Origin: an uncultured Bdellovibrionales bacterium
GTDB taxonomy: Bacteria; Patescibacteriota; Minisyncoccia; Moranbacterales; UBA1568
NCBI GenBank assembly: GCA_964451495.1
Contig: CAYVHS010000003.1
Location: forward strand, 24,826 to 88,825
DNA length: 64,000 nucleotides
Reading direction: 5' to 3'
The notes below the pieces were generated by a model. The model was not told where the DNA came from. It saw only the letters and a list, made by a program, of their open reading frames with translations, and made no database searches. Shown in pieces: positions 19,144-26,530 of this stretch. Made by a program: the position numbers and the translations under genes. The stretch's first letter is position 1. Each line of letters starts with the position of its first letter.

Positions 19144-19156
19144 ACAAAGAAAATAT

Positions 19157-19708
19157 CTAGAATTCCACTTTGACTGGCTCCTTTTGCTCTTCTTCGACTT
19201 CAAAGAATTCGCGCTTTGCAAAATTGAACATGCCGGCGATGATATTGGATGGGAACATCTCGATCTTCGTATTGAGTTCCATCACATTGCCATTGTAGAA
19301 TCGGCGAGCAGCCTGAATCTTGTTTTCTGTATCGGAAAGCTCGCGCTGCAACTCAAGGAAATTCTGATTGGCCTTGAGATCTGGATAGGCCTCTGCGATG
19401 GCAAAGACAGACTTGAGAGCGTCTGTCAGCATATTCTCTGCCTGACCCTTGTCGGCTACACCCGTCGCAGACATGGCTTTGGCACGAGCTTCAGTCACTT
19501 TCTCGAATACGCCGCTCTCGTGAGCTGCATACCCCTTCACCGCACTGACGAGATTGGGGATGAGATCGTAGCGACGCTTGAGCTGGACATCGATATCACT
19601 CCAGGCTTCACTCGCACGATTTTTGAAACGAACGAGACTGTTATAAGCAGCAATCACATACACAACAAAGGCGGCGAGCACCCCCAGTAGAATCAATCCT
19701 ATACCCAT
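19157..19708 (-). CDS. lemA: LemA family protein
   Basis: 183 aa. An N-terminal TM, then AYNSLVRFKNRASEAWSDIDVQLKRRYDLIPNLV... is the LemA signature. LemA and HtpX are a frequently conserved pair. Confidence 0.85.
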   Translation of the reverse strand: MGIGLILLGVLAAFVVYVIAAYNSLVRFKNRASEAWSDIDVQLKRRYDLIPNLVSAVKGYAAHESGVFEKVTEARAKAMSATGVADKGQAENMLTDALKSVFAIAEAYPDLKANQNFLELQRELSDTENKIQAARRFYNGNVMELNTKIEMFPSNIIAGMFNFAKREFFEVEEEQKEPVKVEF

Positions 19709-19867
19709 AAAAGTATGTATTAAAATTAAAGGTAACCCTATTATAGCACAAAAAAAGTGGTATAATGGAGTTATAAAAACTCAAGTTTTTCAAGTTCATA
19801 AAACAGACTACGAAAAGCTGCTGATTTATAACTTTACAAACGTGATTAACTTTATAACTTAGATCTT

Positions 19868-20308
19868 ATGGAGTGGTTCCAACCGTATCTGATATTTATT
19901 ATACCCATTGTCGTCGGCATTGTGACTCAGATACTCAAATTCGTACTCTACACCCTGAAACATGGCTGGGATCCAGAATACATCTTCACGCATGGCCATA
20001 TGCCGAGTGCTCATACTGCCCTCGTCGTCTCGCTCCTCACTTCCGTCGGCTATTACGAAGGCGCTCATTCCGGAGCCTTCGCCCTCTCGGCTGTCCTCGC
20101 CTTTATCGTCATCGATGATGCCGCCCGTATCCGCATGCATTTGGGTGATCAGGGTCGCTATCTCAACATGCTCATAGAACAGCTCCATCTCAATCAGGAT
20201 GAATTCCCGCGACTAAAAGAGCGTGTCGGTCATCGCGTCAGTGAAGTGGTCGGTGGCGCTATCGTCGGATTCTTCATGACACTCCTCTTTATTGCAGTCA
20301 CTCTCTAA
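19868..20308 (+). CDS. Divergent PAP2-family (acid phosphatase/vanadium-haloperoxidase-related) membrane protein
   Basis: 146 aa. GHMPSAHTALVVSLLTSVG ... IDDAARIRMHLG matches the 'divergent PAP2' family. Confidence 0.7.
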   Translation: MEWFQPYLIFIIPIVVGIVTQILKFVLYTLKHGWDPEYIFTHGHMPSAHTALVVSLLTSVGYYEGAHSGAFALSAVLAFIVIDDAARIRMHLGDQGRYLNMLIEQLHLNQDEFPRLKERVGHRVSEVVGGAIVGFFMTLLFIAVTL

Positions 20309-20330
20309 AGACAGCCTCTCTCGCATATAC

Positions 20331-20367
20331 AAACCAGCCTATCAAAAAATACTTGGCTGGTTTTTTT
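20331..20367 (+). terminator. Intrinsic terminator after the PAP2-like gene
   Basis: aaccagcc...ggctggttttttt, a stem followed by a T-run. Confidence 0.5.
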
Positions 20368-20418
20368 CTTTCGCTCAGGAGGATGGTACACTAACACTAT
20401 AAAAATCCTATAAGAAAC

Positions 20419-22287
20419 ATGTTCAGAGAAATACCTCAAAATGTCGTTCGTCCAGAAAAAAGCCGAGATGAACTTCGGTCATTTCTTTCGGAGCGAACCA
20501 GAAAGGATTACGAAAAGACAGTTGGCCATGAAATGGCTCCGAAAGATTTCAATGTATGGGTCGTGCAGACCGAAGCGACACGGTCTCAATCTTTACATTC
20601 CGCTGATGCTCTCACCAAAGAATTTCAATTATCACTGAGTACAAATCAACAAACACTTTCTGACAATCGGGATGTGGCAGTCTCCATAGTCCCCCAAGAT
20701 GAACTTCGACATGCGCTTCCCAATGCTTTCCCGGGCTATGGTGAAGTAACCCCCAATCTTCTGCCGGACCTCGTTATCGTTTCTGGCGACGTCGGCTATC
20801 ATGACACACAGCCTGAGAGCAGTTTGACTCGTGCGTATATTAACTTTGAGATGCAGGCTATTCGTGATATCCGCCATGCCGCAGACGCAACACTTCACCA
20901 TTTCTTTCCGACCGGAGAAAAACTCACGAGCGACTGGGATCAAGAATTCCTCCAAGCACACGTCCTCGGAAAAAACTATCATGAGCTTTTTCTGAGAAAA
21001 CATGAGATTACCGAAGAAATCGCCCTCGAACTTATCGCCAGCTCGCTTTTCAATGACACCGATTACGAGTGGGAAATTTCCGGCCGAGCATTTGATACCT
21101 ATGCTCGCACCAATGATGAACACTCCCTCAGAAAAATCACCACTGACGGACGCATCCGGAAAGCGGTCAAGCAGATGCGGAGATCTTTCGTTTTGACACA
21201 CCTGGTCGAACAATATCGATCAGAAAAGAAAAAGGAATCAGGCTCAGGAGAATTTCAAAACGAGGAAGAGTATATCGCCTATGTACAAGCGCTGGTCCGA
21301 AAAACCGAGTCCACCGCAAAAGACATTGACCCCGAACAATTACAGACCGCGGTCTATGCCTCGCTGAAAAAATTGATCGATGCAAAAAAACAAGACTATC
21401 TCACGGATGTCGAAAGCGAAACCATGGAAGAGCGGCTCTTGCAGCCAATCATCGTCTCTGTCGGAAAAAGCAAGAAATACCAGGAAGCATCATTCGAAGC
21501 TGGCGCCGACGCCGTCCTTCCCGAACTCACCCCTGCAGGTATGAAAAAGGTAGTGGAGCTCGCAAAGCGTATTCGCACCAGCCCCGCCTCCATGGCGACC
21601 GAACGCCTCCGCAGAAACAAATCCGAATTCTATCATTCGGTCGTCGACCAGATCGAAGATCGATCCAAAGAGACTGCTGATACTGAAAAGGAATTGGGAA
21701 TCCTCTCATCGCTCTTCAAGAAAATTGACGCAAAAACGATCCTCGATGTCGGCTGTGGATACGGTCGTCTCGCCAAACCCTTGGCCAAAGAGGGTTTTGA
21801 TGTGACCGGCATCGATGCGAGTCAAGCGCTCCTCACGAAAGCAAAAGAAATGAAAGGGAAAACAAAAAATCTCCACTACGCCAAGGGAGATATTATCGAC
21901 TACACAGGTTCCGTTCCGAAAGAAAGTTTTGATGCTGTGTATTATGGTTGGCATTCTTTCCTCGAAGCATACGGGCTCGGCAATGCCCTTGCCTCCCTTC
22001 GATCAGCGCGCCACGCGTTGAAACCAAACGGTGTCATCACCTTTGACCAACCAGCACGCACCAACCCTGAACTGGAAGAGGGATGGTATGGCGACGCGGA
22101 ACACGGCTACCTCGCCTATCTCATGGATGAAGAGGAATTGAAATTCATGCTTCGTCTCGCGGGCTTTGAAGACGTACATATTCTTCACTGGACCACCAAG
22201 CCCAGTACCCTCTACCCCGAGGGCATGCAGAAAATATCGGTCGCCGCCCGAAAACCATCAATGCTGAAAATTAAAGAAGGATCTTGA
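20419..22287 (+). CDS. Large fusion protein: ~400-aa uncharacterised N-terminal region plus C-terminal class-I SAM-dependent methyltransferase domain
   Basis: 622 aa. The C-terminus has ILDVGCGYGRLAKPLAKEGFDVTGIDASQALL (motif I, GxGxG), DAVYYGWHSF and LKPNGVITF. The N-terminal 400 aa carry no motif I recognise. The gene looks GC-richer than the surrounding chromosome. Confidence 0.7.
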   Translation: MFREIPQNVVRPEKSRDELRSFLSERTRKDYEKTVGHEMAPKDFNVWVVQTEATRSQSLHSADALTKEFQLSLSTNQQTLSDNRDVAVSIVPQDELRHALPNAFPGYGEVTPNLLPDLVIVSGDVGYHDTQPESSLTRAYINFEMQAIRDIRHAADATLHHFFPTGEKLTSDWDQEFLQAHVLGKNYHELFLRKHEITEEIALELIASSLFNDTDYEWEISGRAFDTYARTNDEHSLRKITTDGRIRKAVKQMRRSFVLTHLVEQYRSEKKKESGSGEFQNEEEYIAYVQALVRKTESTAKDIDPEQLQTAVYASLKKLIDAKKQDYLTDVESETMEERLLQPIIVSVGKSKKYQEASFEAGADAVLPELTPAGMKKVVELAKRIRTSPASMATERLRRNKSEFYHSVVDQIEDRSKETADTEKELGILSSLFKKIDAKTILDVGCGYGRLAKPLAKEGFDVTGIDASQALLTKAKEMKGKTKNLHYAKGDIIDYTGSVPKESFDAVYYGWHSFLEAYGLGNALASLRSARHALKPNGVITFDQPARTNPELEEGWYGDAEHGYLAYLMDEEELKFMLRLAGFEDVHILHWTTKPSTLYPEGMQKISVAARKPSMLKIKEGS

Positions 22288-22315
22288 ATCCCCTCTTCCT
22301 TTTCCAAAAGACAGG

Positions 22316-22349
22316 CCAAAAAAATGAGTCTTACCATTATAGTAAGACT
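22316..22349 (-). terminator. Intrinsic terminator (perfect 9-bp stem GAGTCTTAC/GTAAGACTC), effective on the minus strand
   Basis: ccaaaaaaatgagtcttaccattatagtaagactca. The A-run on plus equals a T-run after the hairpin on minus. Confidence 0.55.
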
Positions 22350-22366
22350 CAGATACTTCACCAGCA

Positions 22367-22756
22367 TCACTCCGGACTTTTCAACAAAGCCATCGACTCA
22401 TTGATCTGGCTTTCAAGTACTCGCATTGCTTCGAGACCTCTGGTCAATTCATCGAGATGCGGACGTACCTGCTCACGCAGACAATGCTCGCCCTCGCGAA
22501 TTCCTGCTTGAAATCCGGCCAAGAAGAATTTGGCAAACATACCACGATACAATCGCGTCGAGGCAGGTCGAGTTTCAAACTTTTCCATCTCAGTCATTCC
22601 AAATGCCATGGGAAATATTCCGAGAAGCATCTCGCCTTCGCGGCAAAGTTGACGCACTTCATCTTCTTCGGATACCGTTGCAAAACACCGAACACCTTCC
22701 CTGGTAGCGCTGTCCACGACGACAGCAAAACTAAAAGCAATCGGTACATCTTTCAT
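22367..22756 (-). CDS. Small hypothetical protein (first gene of the leader-repeat cluster)
   Basis: ORF 22367..22804 trimmed to ATG 22756 (MKDVPIAFSF...), preceded by GGAGA. Leader-repeat copy 1 lies directly upstream. Confidence 0.45.
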   Translation of the reverse strand: MKDVPIAFSFAVVVDSATREGVRCFATVSEEDEVRQLCREGEMLLGIFPMAFGMTEMEKFETRPASTRLYRGMFAKFFLAGFQAGIREGEHCLREQVRPHLDELTRGLEAMRVLESQINESMALLKSPE

Positions 22757-22810
22757 GATTCTCTCCTCTGGTTGGTAAAAAACTTTTTCGATCCGAACAT
22801 TCACGATATC

Positions 22811-22884
22811 ATTTCCCTTTCACAAACTTCTTATACAAGAAATTTCTGAAAGGGAGGCGAGAGGAAATGATATTCCATCTCGCC
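22811..22884 (-). repeat. Leader-repeat copy 1: conserved two-hairpin element 5' of a minus-strand gene
   Basis: atttccctttcacaaacttcttatacaagaaatttctgaaagggaggcgagaggaaatgatattccatctcgcc. Hairpin A = CCCTTTCACAAACTTCTT / AAGAAATTTCTGAAAGGG (18-bp stem with 2 mismatches). Hairpin B = GGCGAGA...TCTCGCC. Confidence 0.7.
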
Positions 22885-23187
22885 AATAGAGTGGCTCTTT
22901 GCCGAATGTGCCCAGAATAGCAACACATCCGGCATAACATTGTGGTTCCCACAACGCTCTCCTCGGGTTTTTGTTAGCACTTCCCCAAACAGAGTCATTC
23001 ACCCACTTTAAGATCCTCAAAATATTTGAGGAGTCAAAGTAAGTGTTTGTTCATCACCACGTGTGCATCACAACGTTTCCGCTATGTGCCTCTCAACGCA
23101 GACGAACTCCCGAGGATGTGATCAAGCACCCCCTCATGCACCGGTACTACATCATTCAATAATGCTAACCCGGCATATCTCAAACTC

Positions 23188-23382
23188 TCAATAGAACCGC
23201 GGACACCCCCTATCTTTGGAAAGAAAATGCTTGATTCTCCTATGAACCGACTGAAGCTCCCCGCTCTTGAACGGCTTCCCCATCAAAATCGAGAATCTTC
23301 CAGCCGTTCCGGCATTTCCATGCCGGGTCCACACAACGATTCTCCGTCCTCGTACCGTGAGGCTCTTGTAGATATCTGGCAT
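23188..23382 (-). CDS. Small basic hypothetical protein (65 aa)
   Basis: ORF trimmed to ATG 23382 (MPDIYKSLTVRGRR...), preceded by GAGGAGAGAGAA. The longer ORF-track version begins inside the repeat at a GTG. Confidence 0.35.
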   Translation of the reverse strand: MPDIYKSLTVRGRRIVVWTRHGNAGTAGRFSILMGKPFKSGELQSVHRRIKHFLSKDRGCPRFY

Positions 23383-23390
23383 TTCTCTCT

Positions 23391-23523
23391 CCTCGTATAG
23401 ATACGGCGAAATTGCCGCGACGGTTTTCTCAAAGAACATCGGGAACCATTTCCCTTTCACAAACTTCTTACGTAAGAAATTTCTGAAAGGGAGGCGAGAG
23501 AGGAAATATTATTCCGTCTCGCC
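23391..23523 (-). repeat. Leader-repeat copy 2 (long form, shares an extra ~50-bp 5'-proximal block with copy 4)
   Basis: ...gatacggcgaaattgccgcgacggttttctcaaagaacatcgggaaccatttccctttcacaaacttcttacgtaagaaatttctgaaagggaggcgagagaggaaatattattccgtctcgcc. The same two hairpins are present; the hairpin-A loop differs (acgtaag). Confidence 0.7.
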
Positions 23524-23533
23524 AAAAACTACT

Positions 23534-23998
23534 TCACGATTTGTTTACAATGTCGAGGAGCCGACCCAGAACGACTGGCCAATCTTTCACCCACGCGCCG
23601 TCAATCTCTTTCATCGGCGCATACATGAAGCATACGCGATGACCATTGATGTTGATTTCCTTACCGATAAGCCAATCCATCATGGCACAGGCCGGGTGAT
23701 GGTGATGATTGGTATCGGTCGCCACTGCGACTCGGATCCCCTCTGTCGCGAGATATACTGCGAGCGGATATCCGACCGCGAATGCCTCGCCGAGGTGATT
23801 CATCCCCTCACCGCCGAGCATCATCTCTTCGGCTGGCATCAGGAGATCGATCAGTGCGACATCGAACGACTCCTGCTGCACAGCCATCGCGACATCCGAA
23901 TAATCTCGAAGAACGATGACTTCATGCCCAAGAGCTGTGAGATCAGCGAGGCCAGTCTGGCAATGTCGCTTTGAGTCGTCCACCAAAAGAATCTTCAT
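23534..23998 (-). CDS. Divergent receiver (REC)-like protein with TDTNHHHHP motif
   Basis: ORF trimmed to ATG 23998 (RBS GAGGAGG). MKILLVDDSKRH...FDVALIDLLMPAEEMMLGGEG...RVAVATDTNHHHHPACAMMDW...KDWPVVLGRLL. DD, the D in LIDLLMP and a T before the His run map onto receiver-fold positions. Confidence 0.55.
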   Translation of the reverse strand: MKILLVDDSKRHCQTGLADLTALGHEVIVLRDYSDVAMAVQQESFDVALIDLLMPAEEMMLGGEGMNHLGEAFAVGYPLAVYLATEGIRVAVATDTNHHHHPACAMMDWLIGKEININGHRVCFMYAPMKEIDGAWVKDWPVVLGRLLDIVNKS

Positions 23999-24378
23999 TT
24001 CATTTCCTCCTCTACGTTGAGCAAAAAGAATACGATGTTCTGTTCTCCTGAACCTTCTACGAGCGGTCGAGTATACACACGACCAGCAAACGCTTTCGCG
24101 AGTGAGCTCGCGCCCAATCGAGTCGACTCCCCCTGCCATCCTGGCATAATCGCAATGAGCACCTTCGTCTCATCACCATCCTTCAGAAAGCGGAGTGCCT
24201 GGGACGTATCGTCCGTCAGCAGAAGCTCGGCCTCATCCGACGAATTCACAATCTGAATCATGGAATTCATTTCCATGATCGCCTTCAGCGCGATCTCGAT
24301 CGGATTCTTCAGCACGATCTCAATCGGATTGGTCGAACGACGCTCCGAACCCCCTATACTCACAAAAATCTTCATCAT
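23995..24378 (-). CDS. Small hypothetical protein with an in-frame 24-bp tandem duplication; translationally coupled to the downstream REC-like gene
   Basis: 127 aa (MMKIFVSIGG...NPIEIVLKNPIEIALKAI...). Its stop TGA overlaps the next gene's ATG (ATGA at 23995..23998). RBS AAGGAG. Confidence 0.5.
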   Translation of the reverse strand: MMKIFVSIGGSERRSTNPIEIVLKNPIEIALKAIMEMNSMIQIVNSSDEAELLLTDDTSQALRFLKDGDETKVLIAIMPGWQGESTRLGASSLAKAFAGRVYTRPLVEGSGEQNIVFFLLNVEEEMK

Positions 24379-24403
24379 CTACTCCTTTGTCAAATGAACT
24401 CAA

Positions 24404-24481
24404 GGGAAATCCCCTTTCACAAACTTCTTACATAAGAAATTTCTGAAAGGGAGGCGAGAGGAAATGATATTCCGTCTCGCC
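24404..24481 (-). repeat. Leader-repeat copy 3
   Basis: gggaaatcccctttcacaaacttcttacataagaaatttctgaaagggaggcgagaggaaatgatattccgtctcgcc. Confidence 0.7.
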
Positions 24482-24488
24482 ATGAACG

Positions 24489-24887
24489 CTACTCCTGAAG
24501 CTTGGCGATGATCGCGGCGAATTGCTCCGGCTTTTTGTTAGTCAATTCCGGCTCCATCGGCTCCACCACACCAGCTGCCTCGAAGTTTTTCAACCCCGAA
24601 GATGAGTGCGAATAGATTGGGCCAATGTAGCCAAATGACCGGAGAACCGAGACAATCAGAGCGCCCGTGATTCCCTGCGGGATCGGGTACTCCGCATCGT
24701 CAAACTGCCAATCGACAAAGATCGCGTCCGGCGTGATTTCAAGTGCTTGCTCGACTGCTTGCGAGACACTGTCGATCTGCCAAACAATATTCACTTCGTG
24801 GGCAGTCGGATCGAAACCGCATTGTCTTGCTAAAAACAACATAATATCGACTTCGCCTTTTTGATCATCGATTATTGCGATTTTCAT
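24489..24887 (-). CDS. Small divergent REC-like/unknown protein
   Basis: ORF trimmed to ATG 24887 (RBS AAGGAGAGAG). MKIAIIDDQKGEV...PDAIFVDWQF...IYSHSS gives a weak receiver-fold pattern. Confidence 0.45.
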   Translation of the reverse strand: MKIAIIDDQKGEVDIMLFLARQCGFDPTAHEVNIVWQIDSVSQAVEQALEITPDAIFVDWQFDDAEYPIPQGITGALIVSVLRSFGYIGPIYSHSSSGLKNFEAAGVVEPMEPELTNKKPEQFAAIIAKLQE

Positions 24888-24992
24888 TTCTCTCTCCTTG
24901 ATTAAAAGAACTTCATCTCGATGAAAATTCAAACTATTTTGAATCCTCAATAGAGAGGAGAAGCGGTGTGTTCACGACTTCTCCGAATTACC

Positions 24993-25373
24993 TTACTCCA
25001 ACCTTTTGGCAAGCAGCTCGCGCAAGACGAGGGTCGGACAACTCTCGAGGACGCCTTCCCAATCTGGGATATCCATCCAAGAGTCGCCATCGTCGCCAGA
25101 GTCGAAGTGGTAAAGGAATGTAAGTGAGATTTTCCCGTCCCTGATCAGATTCCTCATCAATGTCATGAAGATCATGTGGGACTTCTCATCACTATTGTAG
25201 TCACACTCTTCAAATGCTTCCCATTCTTCTTCGTATCCTTCCACCTTGAACGTTACGCCCTCCCGAGACCATTCTAGATCCTTCCCAAAACAGAAGTGCA
25301 GAATGTCTTTACCGACTTCCAACACAACACTGGCTGGGATGAAAGCTACATATTGATTGTATGAGGTGCTCAT
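24993..25373 (-). CDS. Small acidic hypothetical protein
   Basis: ORF trimmed to ATG 25373 (MSTSYNQYVAF...), RBS AAGGAGAGAGAA. Leader-repeat copy 4 lies immediately upstream. Confidence 0.45.
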   Translation of the reverse strand: MSTSYNQYVAFIPASVVLEVGKDILHFCFGKDLEWSREGVTFKVEGYEEEWEAFEECDYNSDEKSHMIFMTLMRNLIRDGKISLTFLYHFDSGDDGDSWMDIPDWEGVLESCPTLVLRELLAKRLE

Positions 25374-25387
25374 TTCTCTCTCCTTTG

Positions 25388-25520
25388 GTAGATACGGCGA
25401 AATTGCCACGACGGTTTTGTCAAAGAACTAGGGAAACTATTTCCCTTTCACAAACTTCTTGCGTAAGAAATTTCTGAAAAGGAGGTGTGTACAGTAACTG
25501 CCTGTACACACCAAACCATT
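25388..25520 (-). repeat. Leader-repeat copy 4 (long form); hairpin B replaced by a covarying perfect 11-bp stem
   Basis: gtagatacggcgaaattgccacgacggttttgtcaaagaactagggaaactatttccctttcacaaacttcttgcgtaagaaatttctgaaaaggaggtgtgtacagtaactgcctgtacacacc. Hairpin A is conserved. Hairpin B is GGTGTGTACAG/CTGTACACACC instead of GGCGAGA/TCTCGCC. Confidence 0.7.
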
Positions 25521-25575
25521 AAAGAACAACTCAAGGACTAGGGTAGAAAAATTCTTCTACCCCAGCCGAGAAACA

Positions 25576-26247
25576 TTACTCGGCTTCTTCTTCTGGGTTG
25601 AGGAGCCGGCCCAAAATCTTGAGCCAGTCCTTGCCCTTAGAACGGAAGTCAGTCCCAGAGCCTTTGCAGGGCCAACAATTGGCCGTCAGCCCGTTTATAT
25701 TTCTTTTTCCGGCCCCATTACACTCCGCACACGGCCCCTCAGTTCCGACAATACCAACCTTTTGAACACTGTTGGTCATGAGCACCTGAGCGCCGTCGAT
25801 AGAGAAGACATGCCCGTCGAAAGCATCAAGCATGGCCGACGCGGGGTGATGATGGTGATTCATATCCGTCACCACCGCCACATGTTTTGCACCCATTTTT
25901 GCTGCATGAAGTGCAAGCGACCAGCCAACCGCCATTTCCTGACCGACATACTTCCTCCCTGCACCGCCTTGAGACATGGAACCAGCGGGCATCAGGAGGT
26001 CTGTGAGAACTACGTCCCAGTAGGGAAGTTCAGACTCATCTCGTGCCTTAATGTATGCCTCCCGAGCTTTCATTCCATCCCGCTCGTACTGCTCTTCGAG
26101 GGCCTTCCGATTGGGGGCGTACTGCGTACCAAGCAGCTGATATGCCTCATCATGGCTCGAGCAAACGGTAAGGTCATGCTCTTTGCCCAGGAGCTGAATC
26201 GCTGCATCAAGATGGACTTGCGTGTCGTCGATGACAAGAACCTTCAT
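25576..26247 (-). CDS. Divergent REC-like protein with TDMNHHHHP motif and a C-terminal DnaJ-type CxxCxGxG zinc-ribbon insert
   Basis: ORF trimmed to ATG 26247 (MKVLVIDDTQVHL...DVVLTDLLMPAGSMSQGGAG...HVAVVTDMNHHHHPASAMLDAF...CAECNGAGKRNINGLTANCWPCKGSG...KDWLKILGRLL). It is a paralog of 23534..23998. Confidence 0.55.
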   Translation of the reverse strand: MKVLVIDDTQVHLDAAIQLLGKEHDLTVCSSHDEAYQLLGTQYAPNRKALEEQYERDGMKAREAYIKARDESELPYWDVVLTDLLMPAGSMSQGGAGRKYVGQEMAVGWSLALHAAKMGAKHVAVVTDMNHHHHPASAMLDAFDGHVFSIDGAQVLMTNSVQKVGIVGTEGPCAECNGAGKRNINGLTANCWPCKGSGTDFRSKGKDWLKILGRLLNPEEEAE

Positions 26248-26306
26248 TTTCTTCTCCAACCCCAGTGCCCGAGGTGCGGTTGCCAGTATTGGCAGATTTC
26301 TCAAAG

Positions 26307-26320
26307 AACTTGTACAAGTT
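26307..26320. promoter_or_regulatory. Perfect 14-bp palindrome AACTTGTACAAGTT in the divergent region between the REC-like cluster and the TrmB-family regulator (operator candidate)
   Basis: tctcaaagaacttgtacaagttgttttg. The upstream half, tctcaaagaac, also occurs in the long leader repeats 2 and 4. Confidence 0.35.
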
Positions 26321-26452
26321 GTTTTGTGTCTCTGCTCTTCAACTTGACTGCGTAGTATACCTTGTTTTGAGTAAAGTGTCAATAATAAGGTCAATATATC
26401 GTCAATAGTAAACGCGATACGAACCGAGTACTTTCATTTTTTGGCTTTATTA

Positions 26453-26481
26453 TTGACTTTTATTTCATTTTCTGATATACT
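26453..26481 (+). promoter_or_regulatory. Candidate sigma70 promoter for the TrmB-family gene: TTGACT - 17 nt - TATACT
   Basis: ttattgacttttatttcattttctgatatactcat. Ideal 17-nt spacing, 50 nt upstream of ATG 26531. Confidence 0.45.
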
Positions 26482-26530
26482 CATATTATCGACCTTTTTA
26501 CCGACATATTTAAAATATCACTGAAAAAAC

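Noticed and set aside
18539-19690. 383-aa plus-strand ORF
   Set aside because: It is antisense to htpX and lemA, both of which have diagnostic motifs (HExxH, LemA N-terminal block).
22845-22930. Short plus-strand ORF (MIFHLANR..., 17 aa) created by 'AAAGGGAGGcgagaggaaATG' inside repeat copy 1
   Set aside because: The RBS-like GGGAGG plus ATG is part of hairpin B of the repeat. The downstream reading frame is not conserved between copies (15-17 aa, different sequences, absent in copies 2 and 4).
22811-25520. Possibility that the regularly spaced repeats are a CRISPR array
   Set aside because: Spacing is 640-1030 bp and the intervening sequences are protein-coding genes. The repeats are 75-130 bp and imperfect. 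No cas genes are present.
22811-25520. Possibility that the two-hairpin repeats are intrinsic terminators of the upstream genes
   Set aside because: Neither hairpin is followed by a U-tract in either orientation. The minus-strand T-run precedes hairpin B. The elements sit at conserved distance from the downstream RBS/ATG, which argues for a 5' leader role.
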